Origin: Thermoproteota archaeon
GTDB lineage: Archaea; Thermoproteota; Thermoprotei; Gearchaeales; Gearchaeaceae
Reading direction: 5' to 3'
NCBI GenBank assembly: GCA_032249235.1
Contig: JAVVGF010000004.1
Coordinates: 32,001-96,000 of the forward strand
Length of the DNA stretch: 64,000 nt
This document shows, in pieces, positions 50,296-59,254 of this stretch; position 1 is the first letter of the stretch, and each line of letters starts with the position of its first letter. The notes under the pieces are model-generated. The model did not search any database. It was not told where the DNA came from and saw only the letters and a program-made list of their open reading frames with translations. A program made the translations under genes and the position numbers.

Positions 50296-50826
50296 TTATT
50301 TTTTAGCCTCTGCTTCTTTAATTATCTTTTCTAATTCTTCTATTTTCTTTTGTAATTTTTCAATTCTTTTAGTTTTATCCTTAATTACCAAAATGCTACC
50401 ACATCCTTCAACATCACAAACATAATTGTTCATTAATGCTTCGCTTTCTATGAAAGTTTTCTTATGAACAGGACATTCGTAAAAAGTATTCTCTTCTTCA
50501 TATTTTAATCTCAGCTTTAATTTTTCCAGAATAGTCTTTAACTTATCTAAAATCACTTTATCGAATTGTTCCGTCCTGAAAACTGCATTATAAATGAACC
50601 ATCCTGATTTTTCATCTCTTTCTTTTTTGAAATCAACCAATCCCATGTTGAATAAATCATATAGAATCTTTCTTACAACAGTAATTTTCAAATTGCTTTG
50701 TTTTGCCAACCATTCTTCATTAACTTCTCCTTTATCTAACATTAATGAAACAACATGTGCAGCTTCAGGTCTTAGCAATAATGAAATTGTCTTTGCGATA
50801 TATTCTTTTTCTTCTTTGGTTACCAT
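50296..50826 (-). CDS. tfe: Transcription factor E (TFE alpha)
   Basis: Winged helix VRK.LY.L...GLV, GW..Y, L.YE..N.FY.C Zn ribbon. Confidence 0.92.
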   Translation of the reverse strand: MVTKEEKEYIAKTISLLLRPEAAHVVSLMLDKGEVNEEWLAKQSNLKITVVRKILYDLFNMGLVDFKKERDEKSGWFIYNAVFRTEQFDKVILDKLKTILEKLKLRLKYEEENTFYECPVHKKTFIESEALMNNYVCDVEGCGSILVIKDKTKRIEKLQKKIEELEKIIKEAEAKK

Positions 50827-50852
50827 GATCTATTTCTCTTTAAACAATCTAA

Positions 50853-51335
50853 TCAATCTTCTTTCATCTCTACAATATCTCCTAACGTTATATCTTGTTC
50901 GCTTTTTTTACTAACTGTTTTTTCTTCAAAGCTTTCCATTTCTAAGAGAGTTATTTTCAAAACTTTCTCAAGCTTTTTTGCCAATTCTATAGTAGGCTTT
51001 AATTTTCCTGCTTCTATCTTTTTCAAAGTAGAAAGCTTTTCTCCAACTAATGAAGCAAGCATATCTTGAGTCATGCCCATTTTTTCTCTAGCTTTTCTTA
51101 TTTCTGTTGCAAAATCTTCTCTTATGGAAACTTCAACTTGAGGTATTTTAAGTGTTTTATATTGGGGCGTAGGCATTTTCTTAATAACTTTTCTCATTTC
51201 AATAGGCTTGTTTTCAACTACTTCTCCAATTATTTTGCAAGAATCACAGACTTTCAAATAAGTTTTGTTAACTCTAATAGTTATTGGTTTTTGTATTTCC
51301 TTACCGCATATTTCGCAATACACAGCTAAAATCAT
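50853..51335 (-). CDS. Archaeal MBF1 (Zn ribbon plus HTH)
   Basis: CEICG..VC..C, IRKARE..G.TQ..LA, IE.G.L.P, TLGDIV. Confidence 0.92.
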   Translation of the reverse strand: MILAVYCEICGKEIQKPITIRVNKTYLKVCDSCKIIGEVVENKPIEMRKVIKKMPTPQYKTLKIPQVEVSIREDFATEIRKAREKMGMTQDMLASLVGEKLSTLKKIEAGKLKPTIELAKKLEKVLKITLLEMESFEEKTVSKKSEQDITLGDIVEMKED

Positions 51336-51350
51336 TAAAATATGCTATAA

Positions 51351-51845
51351 ATGTTTATTATTGTGAGCTTCAATCCAATTCTAGCTTTGAAGACTTTAGC
51401 ATGTTATCAATTCGGTAAGGAAGTTGGTGACGTATTGTTTAAAGAAGAATTGATTAAAGAAATGAAGGTTAAATTCTCAGGTAGAACTAAAAGAATAAGA
51501 TATGTGCTCTTAGGAAATTCTCCATATTTATCTGTTCGAACTTCTGATGGTTTCTTAACACTTTCTTTGAGAGCAGCTAGAGAATTGCTAAAATCTTTGG
51601 AAAACTTCGAGAACTTAGTAATCGTTAATAGAGAAGCGGTAAAAACTATGATTGAAAGAAAAGAAATTTTGGCTAAGCAAATAAAAAGCGTAAGTCCAAA
51701 CTTAAAGGCGAATTCAGAAGTAGTTGTTGTAGACGAAGATAAAAAATTCATCGCAGTAGGAAGGGCAATTCTAAACGGTAAGGAAATGCTAGAAATTAAA
51801 AGAGGTGTGGTTATTAAATTACGTAAGGTGGGAAAATATGTTTAG
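51351..51845 (+). CDS. PUA-domain protein (archaeosine TGT C-terminal-like)
   Basis: YQFG, S.RT.RIR, DG.LTLS, EV.VVDE...AVGRA.L.G.EM. Confidence 0.8.
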   Translation: MFIIVSFNPILALKTLACYQFGKEVGDVLFKEELIKEMKVKFSGRTKRIRYVLLGNSPYLSVRTSDGFLTLSLRAARELLKSLENFENLVIVNREAVKTMIERKEILAKQIKSVSPNLKANSEVVVVDEDKKFIAVGRAILNGKEMLEIKRGVVIKLRKVGKYV

Positions 51846-52194
51846 AAGAGGAATAAATAGAGAGACTTTGCGAATGCTGCAAAGAATGGGTGTTAGCTTT
51901 GAAAATTTAGAAGGCATAGAAGAAGTTGTTTTAAAATTTAAAGACAAAATAATCATATTGAAAAATCCTGAAGTTATGGTCACTAAAATAAGCGGACAGA
52001 AGCTATATCAAATAGCTGCATCAGAAGAAATAGAAGAAAAGAAAGAAGTATCTGAATACATTCCTAATGAAGAAGATATTCAACTTGTAATGCAACAAGC
52101 TAATGCATCAAGAGAAGAAGCAATAAGTGCTCTCAAAGAAACTGAAGGAGATATTGCATCGGCAATAATTTTGATAAAAGCTAGGAAACAGTGA
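51838..52194 (+). CDS. nac: Nascent polypeptide-associated complex protein (aNAC)
   Basis: NAC domain plus UBA EEDI.LVM.QA..SREEA..AL....GD.A.AI. Confidence 0.92.
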   Translation: MFRRGINRETLRMLQRMGVSFENLEGIEEVVLKFKDKIIILKNPEVMVTKISGQKLYQIAASEEIEEKKEVSEYIPNEEDIQLVMQQANASREEAISALKETEGDIASAIILIKARKQ

Positions 52195-52721
52195 AAACCT
52201 TTTATTTTGAAGATTTCAATATTTGGGCTTGCTATGCTTCTTTTAAATTGAAAAATAGAAATCTTAATGAAATTTTCGAATATATTTCTAGAATTAAGTC
52301 AAAAGTTGATATTTTGCAATTGGTAGATGCTGACAAGATTTGTGGTGAGCTACACTTACTCAGCGGTATATATAGAACCTATAGAGCTAAAAAAGAATCA
52401 AAAAATATAGCTAAGGAGAATTCTGTTGAATTGTTGCTCCGTCTTAGCGGTAAAAGACAAATAAATGAAGCAATAAGCATATTAGGATTAAATGAAAAGA
52501 CAAGGAATGTATTGGTTTGTTGTTGTGATCAAGATTTGGATAAAGCAAAATTAGTTACTGAAGAATTAGTTAGTCATCTTTCAGAATTTGAGAACGATGA
52601 TTTCATAAACGTATATGATAAAGTGAAGGAAGAAGAAATTAAGAAAACATTCAATATAAGGACGAACAATATAGAGAAAGAAGTTTTAATGAAAATTTCT
52701 TACATTGAACTATTATCATAA
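52191..52721 (+). CDS. cgi121: KEOPS complex subunit Cgi121
   Basis: Q..DA..I.G..HL, NIA....E.LL.LSG.RQI.EAI...G. Confidence 0.88.
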   Translation: MKTFYFEDFNIWACYASFKLKNRNLNEIFEYISRIKSKVDILQLVDADKICGELHLLSGIYRTYRAKKESKNIAKENSVELLLRLSGKRQINEAISILGLNEKTRNVLVCCCDQDLDKAKLVTEELVSHLSEFENDDFINVYDKVKEEEIKKTFNIRTNNIEKEVLMKISYIELLS

Positions 52722-53260
52722 TCACCTAGCAATTCTTCTATTGCTTTCTTTTTCATTTTATTAAGCACAAATATTTGATCTCTTTTAAGTACAGAAATTC
52801 CTGCAATATCCCTAATTATTTCTATCAAGATCACGTAATCGTAATTAACTAAATCTACTTTTCTTTTAACTTTTGGAGCTATTTGTTCAATTAAAAAGTC
52901 GCTTTTTATGTTTGATTCTCTCTTATCAATGCTTATTCTAAAGCTTTTATTTTCTTCGATCTTATTCAACAAGAGCTCAGCCGATTTAACAATTGTTTCT
53001 TCTTTAGCTTCAGTTATGATTTCAATGGGTATTGCTCTAAGTATGTATTTTATGCTCCATACATTTTCTTTTGAATAATTTATAATTGTTTCAACAGCTT
53101 TGATAGGATCGAAATTAACTTTCAATAATATCAAACCAGGCATTTTAACATCTAAAGGTTCAAAATCTTTAAATCCAAATTTCGATAGCAAAAGCCATGC
53201 TTCATGAACACAGTCATCTTCCCTAAATCTGTAAGTAGTTAATATTATTCCTTTATTCAT
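52700..53260 (-). CDS. Stand-alone THUMP-domain protein
   Basis: ILR.IPI, SFRI...KR, KVDL.N.D.VI.IEI. Confidence 0.85.
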   Translation of the reverse strand: MNKGIILTTYRFREDDCVHEAWLLLSKFGFKDFEPLDVKMPGLILLKVNFDPIKAVETIINYSKENVWSIKYILRAIPIEIITEAKEETIVKSAELLLNKIEENKSFRISIDKRESNIKSDFLIEQIAPKVKRKVDLVNYDYVILIEIIRDIAGISVLKRDQIFVLNKMKKKAIEELLGDYDNSSM

Positions 53261-53585
53261 GATATAAGAAGAGGATTGTGTGCGTATCCTTAAATCTTTT
53301 TATTAAATTCTCCTTTTTCTTCATTCTTAATTTGGTATAAACAAGTCCTCCTTTAACTCTTTTAGATATGAGTTTTATAACCAAATTATCCTTAAGCTTC
53401 TTATTTTTATGAATTTTCTTGAAATTTCTTTCTTCTCCATCCTTTTCCTTAGTCTTGAATAAATAAAATTCTTTTTCATGCTCTAATACAAAAATTAATT
53501 CATCCCATCTTCTTATTAGCGAAAAGAATTCATCCAAAGATTTTTCATCTATCTCATTTAGCCAAATTATTATCATTGCTTGCAC
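53253..53585 (-). CDS. Hypothetical protein
   Basis: 110-aa ORF overlapping the THUMP gene start; no recognised motif. Confidence 0.45.
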   Translation of the reverse strand: MQAMIIIWLNEIDEKSLDEFFSLIRRWDELIFVLEHEKEFYLFKTKEKDGEERNFKKIHKNKKLKDNLVIKLISKRVKGGLVYTKLRMKKKENLIKRFKDTHTILFLYHE

Positions 53586-53641
53586 CTTTCATGGGCTATA
53601 AAACAGCTATCTTTTTAAATAAGTAAGTAGTTATCTCATTC

Positions 53642-53719
53642 ATGGCTGAGGAAGAAGAACTTGAGGAATTTGAGGAGTTCGAAGAATTTGAAGAATTAGA
53701 AGAATTTGAGGAATTTTAA
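53642..53719 (+). CDS. Putative 25-aa acidic (EEF)n microprotein
   Basis: MAEEEELEEFEEFEEFEELEEFEEF*; synonymous codon variation between repeats; TATA at 53612; T tract after the stop. Confidence 0.6.
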   Translation: MAEEEELEEFEEFEEFEELEEFEEF

Positions 53720-53764
53720 TTTTTTCGTTGAATTTTTAAGTAAGTTCCTATATTAAATCTTTAC

Positions 53765-54019
53765 ATGCAATTTTGCCCTAAATGCAATAATTTGATGGTT
53801 CCAAAGAGAGTGAAGAATGGATTTAAACTTGTATGTACTAACTGTGGTTACTCAAAAAGAGTTAAAAAAATTGATATCAAGCTCGTTTCAAAGTCAGCTG
53901 ATAAAAAGAGTAAAGAAATAGCTCTAACTACTCCTGATGAAGTAAAGGCTAGAGAAGAAGAAAAAATGTTGCTTGAAGAATTGTATAAAGATTCGTTAGA
54001 ATACTTTGAAACTGATTAG
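53765..54019 (+). CDS. TFS/RpoM paralogue with only the N-terminal Zn ribbon and an acidic tail
   Basis: FCPKC..LM.P...L.C..CGY; no C-terminal QTR.ADE ribbon. Confidence 0.8.
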   Translation: MQFCPKCNNLMVPKRVKNGFKLVCTNCGYSKRVKKIDIKLVSKSADKKSKEIALTTPDEVKAREEEKMLLEELYKDSLEYFETD

Positions 54020-55812
54020 TGACAGTAAGAATAGCAATAGTAAATCGCGACTATTGCAAATCTGACAAGTGTAATTTCGAGTGCAATAGATTTTGTCCTA
54101 TAGTAAGAGCTGGAAATGAAATAGTTTGGCTTGATGAATCAGGTAAAGCTGTAATAGATGAAGAAGGATGTATAGGTTGTGGTATTTGTGTAGAAAAATG
54201 TCCATTTCATGCAATAGAAATCGTTAATCTTGCAAGTGAGCCAAAAGTTCCTTGTATTCATCAATATGGAGTAAATAGTTTCAGACTTTATGGCTTACCT
54301 TTCATCAGATATGGAAAAGCTTCAGGCGTTATAGGCATGAATGGTGCGGGCAAATCTACAGCTATAAACATACTTGCAGGTAAATTATATCCAAATTTAG
54401 GAAATTTTGATAAAAAGCCTGAACCAGAGGATATAATAAGCAATTTCAGAGGTAGCGAATTGCAACGTTACTTGAAAGACCTTTATGATAAGAAAATAAG
54501 GGTTGCAATTAAGCCACAAGATATACATGAAATACCTCTGGTGCTTAAAGGAAGCGTTAGAGATGTATTGAAATTCATTGAAAATAAAGATATATTTGAG
54601 CATGTAAGCGAGGTTTTTAAATTGAACGAATTTGTCGATAAGAAAATTTCTAATCTAAGTGGGGGAGAACTTCAAAGATTCGCTATTACACTAGCTATTT
54701 CGAGAGATGCTGACGTTTATTTCTTGGACGAGCCTTGCAGCTATTTAGATGTACAGCAAAGACTCAGACTAGCTCGCATATTGGATTTCTTGTTAGAAAG
54801 AAACAAAACTTTGCTTATTGTGGAGCATGATCTATCCCTAATTGATTATTTATGCGATACAATAACCATAATCTACGGTAAACCTAAGGTATATGGTATA
54901 GCTTCTTTGCCTTATTCTACAAATGCAGGAATAAATGCTTATTTTGAAGGATTTTTACCTCATGAAAATGTTAGAATAAGGAAAAATCCCATCAAGTTTT
55001 ATCTAAAAAGTTTAGAAAGGGTTGAATTTTCTCCTTATAAATTCTTGTTCTGGACTAATTTGAAAGTAAATTTATATGATTTTTATCTCGAAGTAGAAGA
55101 AGGCTTTGCAAATAAAGGAGAAGTTTTAGGAATTGTTGGACCTAACGGTATTGGTAAAACTACCTTCGTTAAGACAATTGTGGGAGAGATAAAGGAATAT
55201 GAAGGAAGTGTTTATTCTATAGAAGAAAATCCTAAAATGAGCTATAAGCCCCAAGTTTTCAAGTTCGAAAACGAAGATCTTTTGGTTAAGGATTATTTGT
55301 ATGATATAAACAAGGAATTCTATAAGAATGAATGGATAACCGATGAAATAATTCAACCTTTAAGGATCGATCAAATTTTAGAAAGGAAGATTTCTGAACT
55401 TAGCGGAGGTGAGAGACAAGCTTTAATGATAGCGGCAACACTTTTGAGAGATGCAGATATATACGTTTTTGATGAACCTAGCGCATTTTTAGATGTTGAA
55501 CAAAGATTATCTTTAGCTAAACTTTTGAAAAAATATGCTCAAACATTTAAAAAACTCGTGATCGTCGTAGAGCATGATTTATTAATTCATGATTTCACAG
55601 CAGATTCATTAATAATCTTTAAAGGTGAACCTGCGAAGAAAGGTTATGCACTTAAGCCTATGTCTTTAAAAGAAGGTTTCAATAACTTTTTGAAAGATTT
55701 AGGAATTACCTTTAGAAGAGATAAAAGGACTAATAGACCTAGGATAAATAAGCCTGGCTCTAGTTTAGATAGATATCAAAAAGAAATTGGTGAATATTAC
55801 TATTTAGAATAA
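54019..55812 (+). CDS. ABCE1/Rli1 ribosome recycling ATPase
   Basis: N-terminal 2x[4Fe-4S] Cys motifs, two ABC domains (LSGGE, DEP, VEHD), C-terminal R.NK..S..D. Confidence 0.96.
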   Translation: MTVRIAIVNRDYCKSDKCNFECNRFCPIVRAGNEIVWLDESGKAVIDEEGCIGCGICVEKCPFHAIEIVNLASEPKVPCIHQYGVNSFRLYGLPFIRYGKASGVIGMNGAGKSTAINILAGKLYPNLGNFDKKPEPEDIISNFRGSELQRYLKDLYDKKIRVAIKPQDIHEIPLVLKGSVRDVLKFIENKDIFEHVSEVFKLNEFVDKKISNLSGGELQRFAITLAISRDADVYFLDEPCSYLDVQQRLRLARILDFLLERNKTLLIVEHDLSLIDYLCDTITIIYGKPKVYGIASLPYSTNAGINAYFEGFLPHENVRIRKNPIKFYLKSLERVEFSPYKFLFWTNLKVNLYDFYLEVEEGFANKGEVLGIVGPNGIGKTTFVKTIVGEIKEYEGSVYSIEENPKMSYKPQVFKFENEDLLVKDYLYDINKEFYKNEWITDEIIQPLRIDQILERKISELSGGERQALMIAATLLRDADIYVFDEPSAFLDVEQRLSLAKLLKKYAQTFKKLVIVVEHDLLIHDFTADSLIIFKGEPAKKGYALKPMSLKEGFNNFLKDLGITFRRDKRTNRPRINKPGSSLDRYQKEIGEYYYLE

Positions 55813-55841
55813 ACTTAAATCTGTTCAATGATTTAATCATT

Positions 55842-56945
55842 ATGGCTGAAGTAACGATTTCTATAATAAAGGCAGATGTCGGCTCAATAGCTGGACATCA
55901 TAAGGTAATACCTGAACAAATTGATTTAGCAAAGCAAATGTTAGCCAATGCAAAAGAGAAAGGATTGATCATTGATTATTTTGTTTTCAATGCAGGAGAT
56001 GATCTAGAGCTTTTAATGACGCATAATAAAGGCGTAGACAATCCTGAAATCCATGAATTAGCTTGGAATACATTCAAAGAAGTTACAGAAAAAGTTTCGA
56101 AAAAATATAAGCTTTATGCAGCTGGTCAAGATTTGCTATCAGAAGCTTTCTCTGGAAATGTAAAGGGTCTTGGTCCTATGGCTGCCGAAATGGAAATCGA
56201 AGAAAGACCTAGTGAACCGATAATCGTTTTTGCTGCAGACAAAACAGAACCAGGCGCTTGGAATTTACCGCTTTACCGTGTATTCGCAGATCCATTCTGT
56301 ACTCCAGGCTTGGTGATCGATCCTTTAATGCATGAAGGATTTATCTTCGAAGTAATGGATTTAATGCAAAACAAAATAATAAGACTTAATACTCCAGAAG
56401 AATCCTATGACTTACTAGCTTTAATAGGTACTCCTGGAAGATTTGTCATATCAAAGGTTATAAGAAAAGATGGACTTTTGGCTGCTGTAGCAAGTACAAG
56501 TAGATTATCTTTAATTGCAGGAAGATATGTTGGAAAAGATGATCCTGTATGCATTGTAAGAGCTCAAAGAGGATTGCCTGCAGTAGGAGAATATCTCGAA
56601 GCTTTTTCATATCCATATTTAGTAGCTGGATGGATGAGAGGTAGTCATGTAGGACCTTTGATGCCTGTTTCGCTTAAGGATTCAAGAGTTAGTAGATTTG
56701 ATGGTCCTCCTAGAGTTGTGGCTTTAGGTTTCCAAGTATACAATGGAAGGTTGCTAGGGCCTGCTGATCTATTTGAAGATGTTGCATTTGATGCTGTAAG
56801 AGCAAAAGCTTCTGAAATAGCAGAATATATTAGAAGACATGGTCCTTTCATGCCTCATAGATTAGGTCCTGAAGAAATGGAATACACAACTTTACCTCAA
56901 GTATTGAAGAAGCTGGAGAAACGCTTCATAGAAGTAAAGGCTTAA
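55842..56945 (+). CDS. fbp: Fructose-1,6-bisphosphate aldolase/phosphatase
   Basis: IKADVGS..GH, YAAGQDLL, DKTEPGA, YVGKDDP, GWMRGSH, EYTT. Confidence 0.97.
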   Translation: MAEVTISIIKADVGSIAGHHKVIPEQIDLAKQMLANAKEKGLIIDYFVFNAGDDLELLMTHNKGVDNPEIHELAWNTFKEVTEKVSKKYKLYAAGQDLLSEAFSGNVKGLGPMAAEMEIEERPSEPIIVFAADKTEPGAWNLPLYRVFADPFCTPGLVIDPLMHEGFIFEVMDLMQNKIIRLNTPEESYDLLALIGTPGRFVISKVIRKDGLLAAVASTSRLSLIAGRYVGKDDPVCIVRAQRGLPAVGEYLEAFSYPYLVAGWMRGSHVGPLMPVSLKDSRVSRFDGPPRVVALGFQVYNGRLLGPADLFEDVAFDAVRAKASEIAEYIRRHGPFMPHRLGPEEMEYTTLPQVLKKLEKRFIEVKA

Positions 56946-57631
56946 TGTTTTTTTTGAATTTTCCACTTTTTCTAATAAATTTCAAATGTTATGAAGAAGC
57001 AATAGGAGATAATGCAAAAAGATTGGCTCTTGCTTCCAAGAAAATTTCAGAAGAATTGAATATTGATATTTTTCTTGCACCTATTTATACTGATATTAGG
57101 GAAATTTCTAAGTTAAACGTAAAAGTATTTGCTCAAGGAGCCGATCCTGTAGAACCTGGAAGTTATACAGCGCATGTACCTCTTGAAGCAATAAAAGCTG
57201 CAGGAGCAATAGGTGTTATAATAAATCATTCTGAGAAGAGATTAAATTATGAAGCGATTGAATTTTTGGTTAAAAAATGCAAAAAGCTTTCCTTAATCTC
57301 GCTTGTTTGTGGAGCAAGCGTAGAGGAATGCTTGAATTTAGCGAAGATCAAGCCTGATATAATCGCAATAGAACCTCCTGAATTAATAGGAACTGGCAAA
57401 TCTGTATCTAAATACAAGCCTGAAAGCATTTTAATGACTGTAAAGCTTGTAAAGGAATTCGATAAAAACATTCATGTTATTTGTGGTGCTGGAATATCTA
57501 ATGCTGAAGATGTTTCAGAAGCTTTAAAATTAGGTGCTGAAGGAATTTTGGTTTCTTCAAGCATAGTAAAAGCTGAGAATCAAGAAGAAAAAATTCGAGA
57601 ATTAGCCCTTGTTTTCAAATCTCATAAATGA
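56945..57631 (+). CDS. tpiA: Triosephosphate isomerase (archaeal)
   Basis: INFK.Y, NHSE, EPPELIGTG, CGAGI. Confidence 0.95.
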   Translation: MFFLNFPLFLINFKCYEEAIGDNAKRLALASKKISEELNIDIFLAPIYTDIREISKLNVKVFAQGADPVEPGSYTAHVPLEAIKAAGAIGVIINHSEKRLNYEAIEFLVKKCKKLSLISLVCGASVEECLNLAKIKPDIIAIEPPELIGTGKSVSKYKPESILMTVKLVKEFDKNIHVICGAGISNAEDVSEALKLGAEGILVSSSIVKAENQEEKIRELALVFKSHK

Positions 57632-58332
57632 CTGAATTCAGAGTTGGAACAAGCGGTTATAATTATTTTTGGAATGAAGGGAAACCTTCACAATTTAAAT
57701 GGTATTTAAGTCAGAAATTCAATTCAGTAGAAATAAATGCTACGTTCTATTCTTTCCCTTATAAAAGTTGGATAAAAAGCTGGTCTTCTGCACCGGATAA
57801 TTTTGATTTCTCAATAAAAGTTAATAGAATAATAACTCACTATTCAAAGTTAAGTGAAAAAGCTATTGCGATTTTTGAAAAATTCAAGAATTCTTTCAAG
57901 GAGATTGAAGAGAAAATAGCTTTTTGGCTTTTCCAAATGCCTCCATCTTTTGAATTCAACGAAACTAATCTTAAAAGAATAAGGCAATTTTTTTCAGCAG
58001 TAAATATTCCAGCAGTAATCGAATTTAGAGATCCTTCTTGGTGGAATGAAACAACTCTAAAAATTCTTAAGGAATTAAACGTTGTATTTTGTTCTGTCGA
58101 TGCTCCTGAATTACCTAATGATATAGTTGAAACGAATGGAATAATATATCTAAGATTGCATGGAAGAGAAGAGTGGTATAGTTATGAATACAAAAGAGAA
58201 GAGCTTGATGAAATCATAGAGAAAATAAACCAAATATCTCCTTTAAAATGCTACATATATCTAAACAACGATCACGGAATGCTTCCAAATGGATTATATC
58301 TTTTAAAAAAATTGGATTTAATTAAAACTTAA
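57628..58332 (+). CDS. DUF72 family protein
   Basis: VGTSG, VEIN.TFY, LFQ.PPSF, EFR..SW, YLRLHG, Y.NND. Confidence 0.92.
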   Translation: MTEFRVGTSGYNYFWNEGKPSQFKWYLSQKFNSVEINATFYSFPYKSWIKSWSSAPDNFDFSIKVNRIITHYSKLSEKAIAIFEKFKNSFKEIEEKIAFWLFQMPPSFEFNETNLKRIRQFFSAVNIPAVIEFRDPSWWNETTLKILKELNVVFCSVDAPELPNDIVETNGIIYLRLHGREEWYSYEYKREELDEIIEKINQISPLKCYIYLNNDHGMLPNGLYLLKKLDLIKT

Positions 58333-59060
58333 CCGTAAAACAGCATGCTAGGTTGTGTCTCTATTGGCTTTATTCTTTCTTTCAATTCTTTTATTTGATT
58401 TTCTAGCATTTCTGCTTCCTTTAATAAAGGTTGAGGATCCAATGCTATATTAGGAAATAGCTTGTTGATTGCTTCAAGAACTTTTGTAACGATCTTAAAG
58501 CTAGGTTCTCTTTGACTAATTTCAGCAACCAAACAATAAGCATCTATATTTGCCCATCTACATTCATCTAAGATTACAGCTGATAATCCTACTAACATTC
58601 CGTATTCAAAATAGTTTATACCTTTTTCTTTTAGTGCATTTCTTGCTTCATCAGTACTACCTATTCCATAAACTCCTAACTCGCTTGAGGTATCGCTTAC
58701 TAATAATTCTTCAACGCTTACAACGTTATGTATATCATTCTTCTCAGCCCATTCACAAATAGTCTTACCTATCATTCTTGTAAGTCTAGGATTTGGAGTG
58801 AATTCTGCAGTTATCACTGCAAATTTTAACTTTTCATCTGCATGTATCCTTGCAGGAAACTTAGGCTTACCTTTAAATATAAACGTTACAGGCGGAAAGT
58901 AATCTGAATTTATTGAAGCAATAGAATCTAAGTTAAAAGAACGAATGTAATAGTTTGCGAGCATCAAATTCAAAATTCCACTTACTGGTATTCCTATGAA
59001 TAAAGTTCCTTCCCGTAAATTTACTTTTTTGTATTCTCTTATTTCCACTTCTCTAACCAT
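58329..59060 (-). CDS. PAC2-family proteasome assembly chaperone (Pba-like) ending in HbYX
   Basis: P.RI, G...G....L, L.KEAE.LE..I; C-terminal F-Y-G. Confidence 0.82.
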   Translation of the reverse strand: MVREVEIREYKKVNLREGTLFIGIPVSGILNLMLANYYIRSFNLDSIASINSDYFPPVTFIFKGKPKFPARIHADEKLKFAVITAEFTPNPRLTRMIGKTICEWAEKNDIHNVVSVEELLVSDTSSELGVYGIGSTDEARNALKEKGINYFEYGMLVGLSAVILDECRWANIDAYCLVAEISQREPSFKIVTKVLEAINKLFPNIALDPQPLLKEAEMLENQIKELKERIKPIETQPSMLFYG

Positions 59061-59141
59061 AATTACGATATAATTTAAATTCTTAACTAATTATTCTTAA
59101 TCAAATTTTTATTATCGTTATATCCAAAAAACATGGATATT

Positions 59142-59215
59142 GGGCCAGTGGTCTAGCGGACTATGACGTAGGCCTGCGGAGCCTAAGTTCGTGGGTTCGA
59201 ATCCCACCTGGCCCG
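59142..59215 (+). tRNA. tRNA-Arg(GCG)
   Basis: GGGCCAG/CTGGCCC-G; TAGGC-CT GCG GA-GCCTA; GGTTCGAATCC. Confidence 0.95.
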
Positions 59216-59254
59216 TAGCTAAAGATTTAAGTTAGAATTTTCGTATTTTAACAA

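Noticed and set aside
53663-53716. 9-nt repeats as a CRISPR array or microsatellite
   Set aside because: No spacers, and variation is confined to third codon positions.
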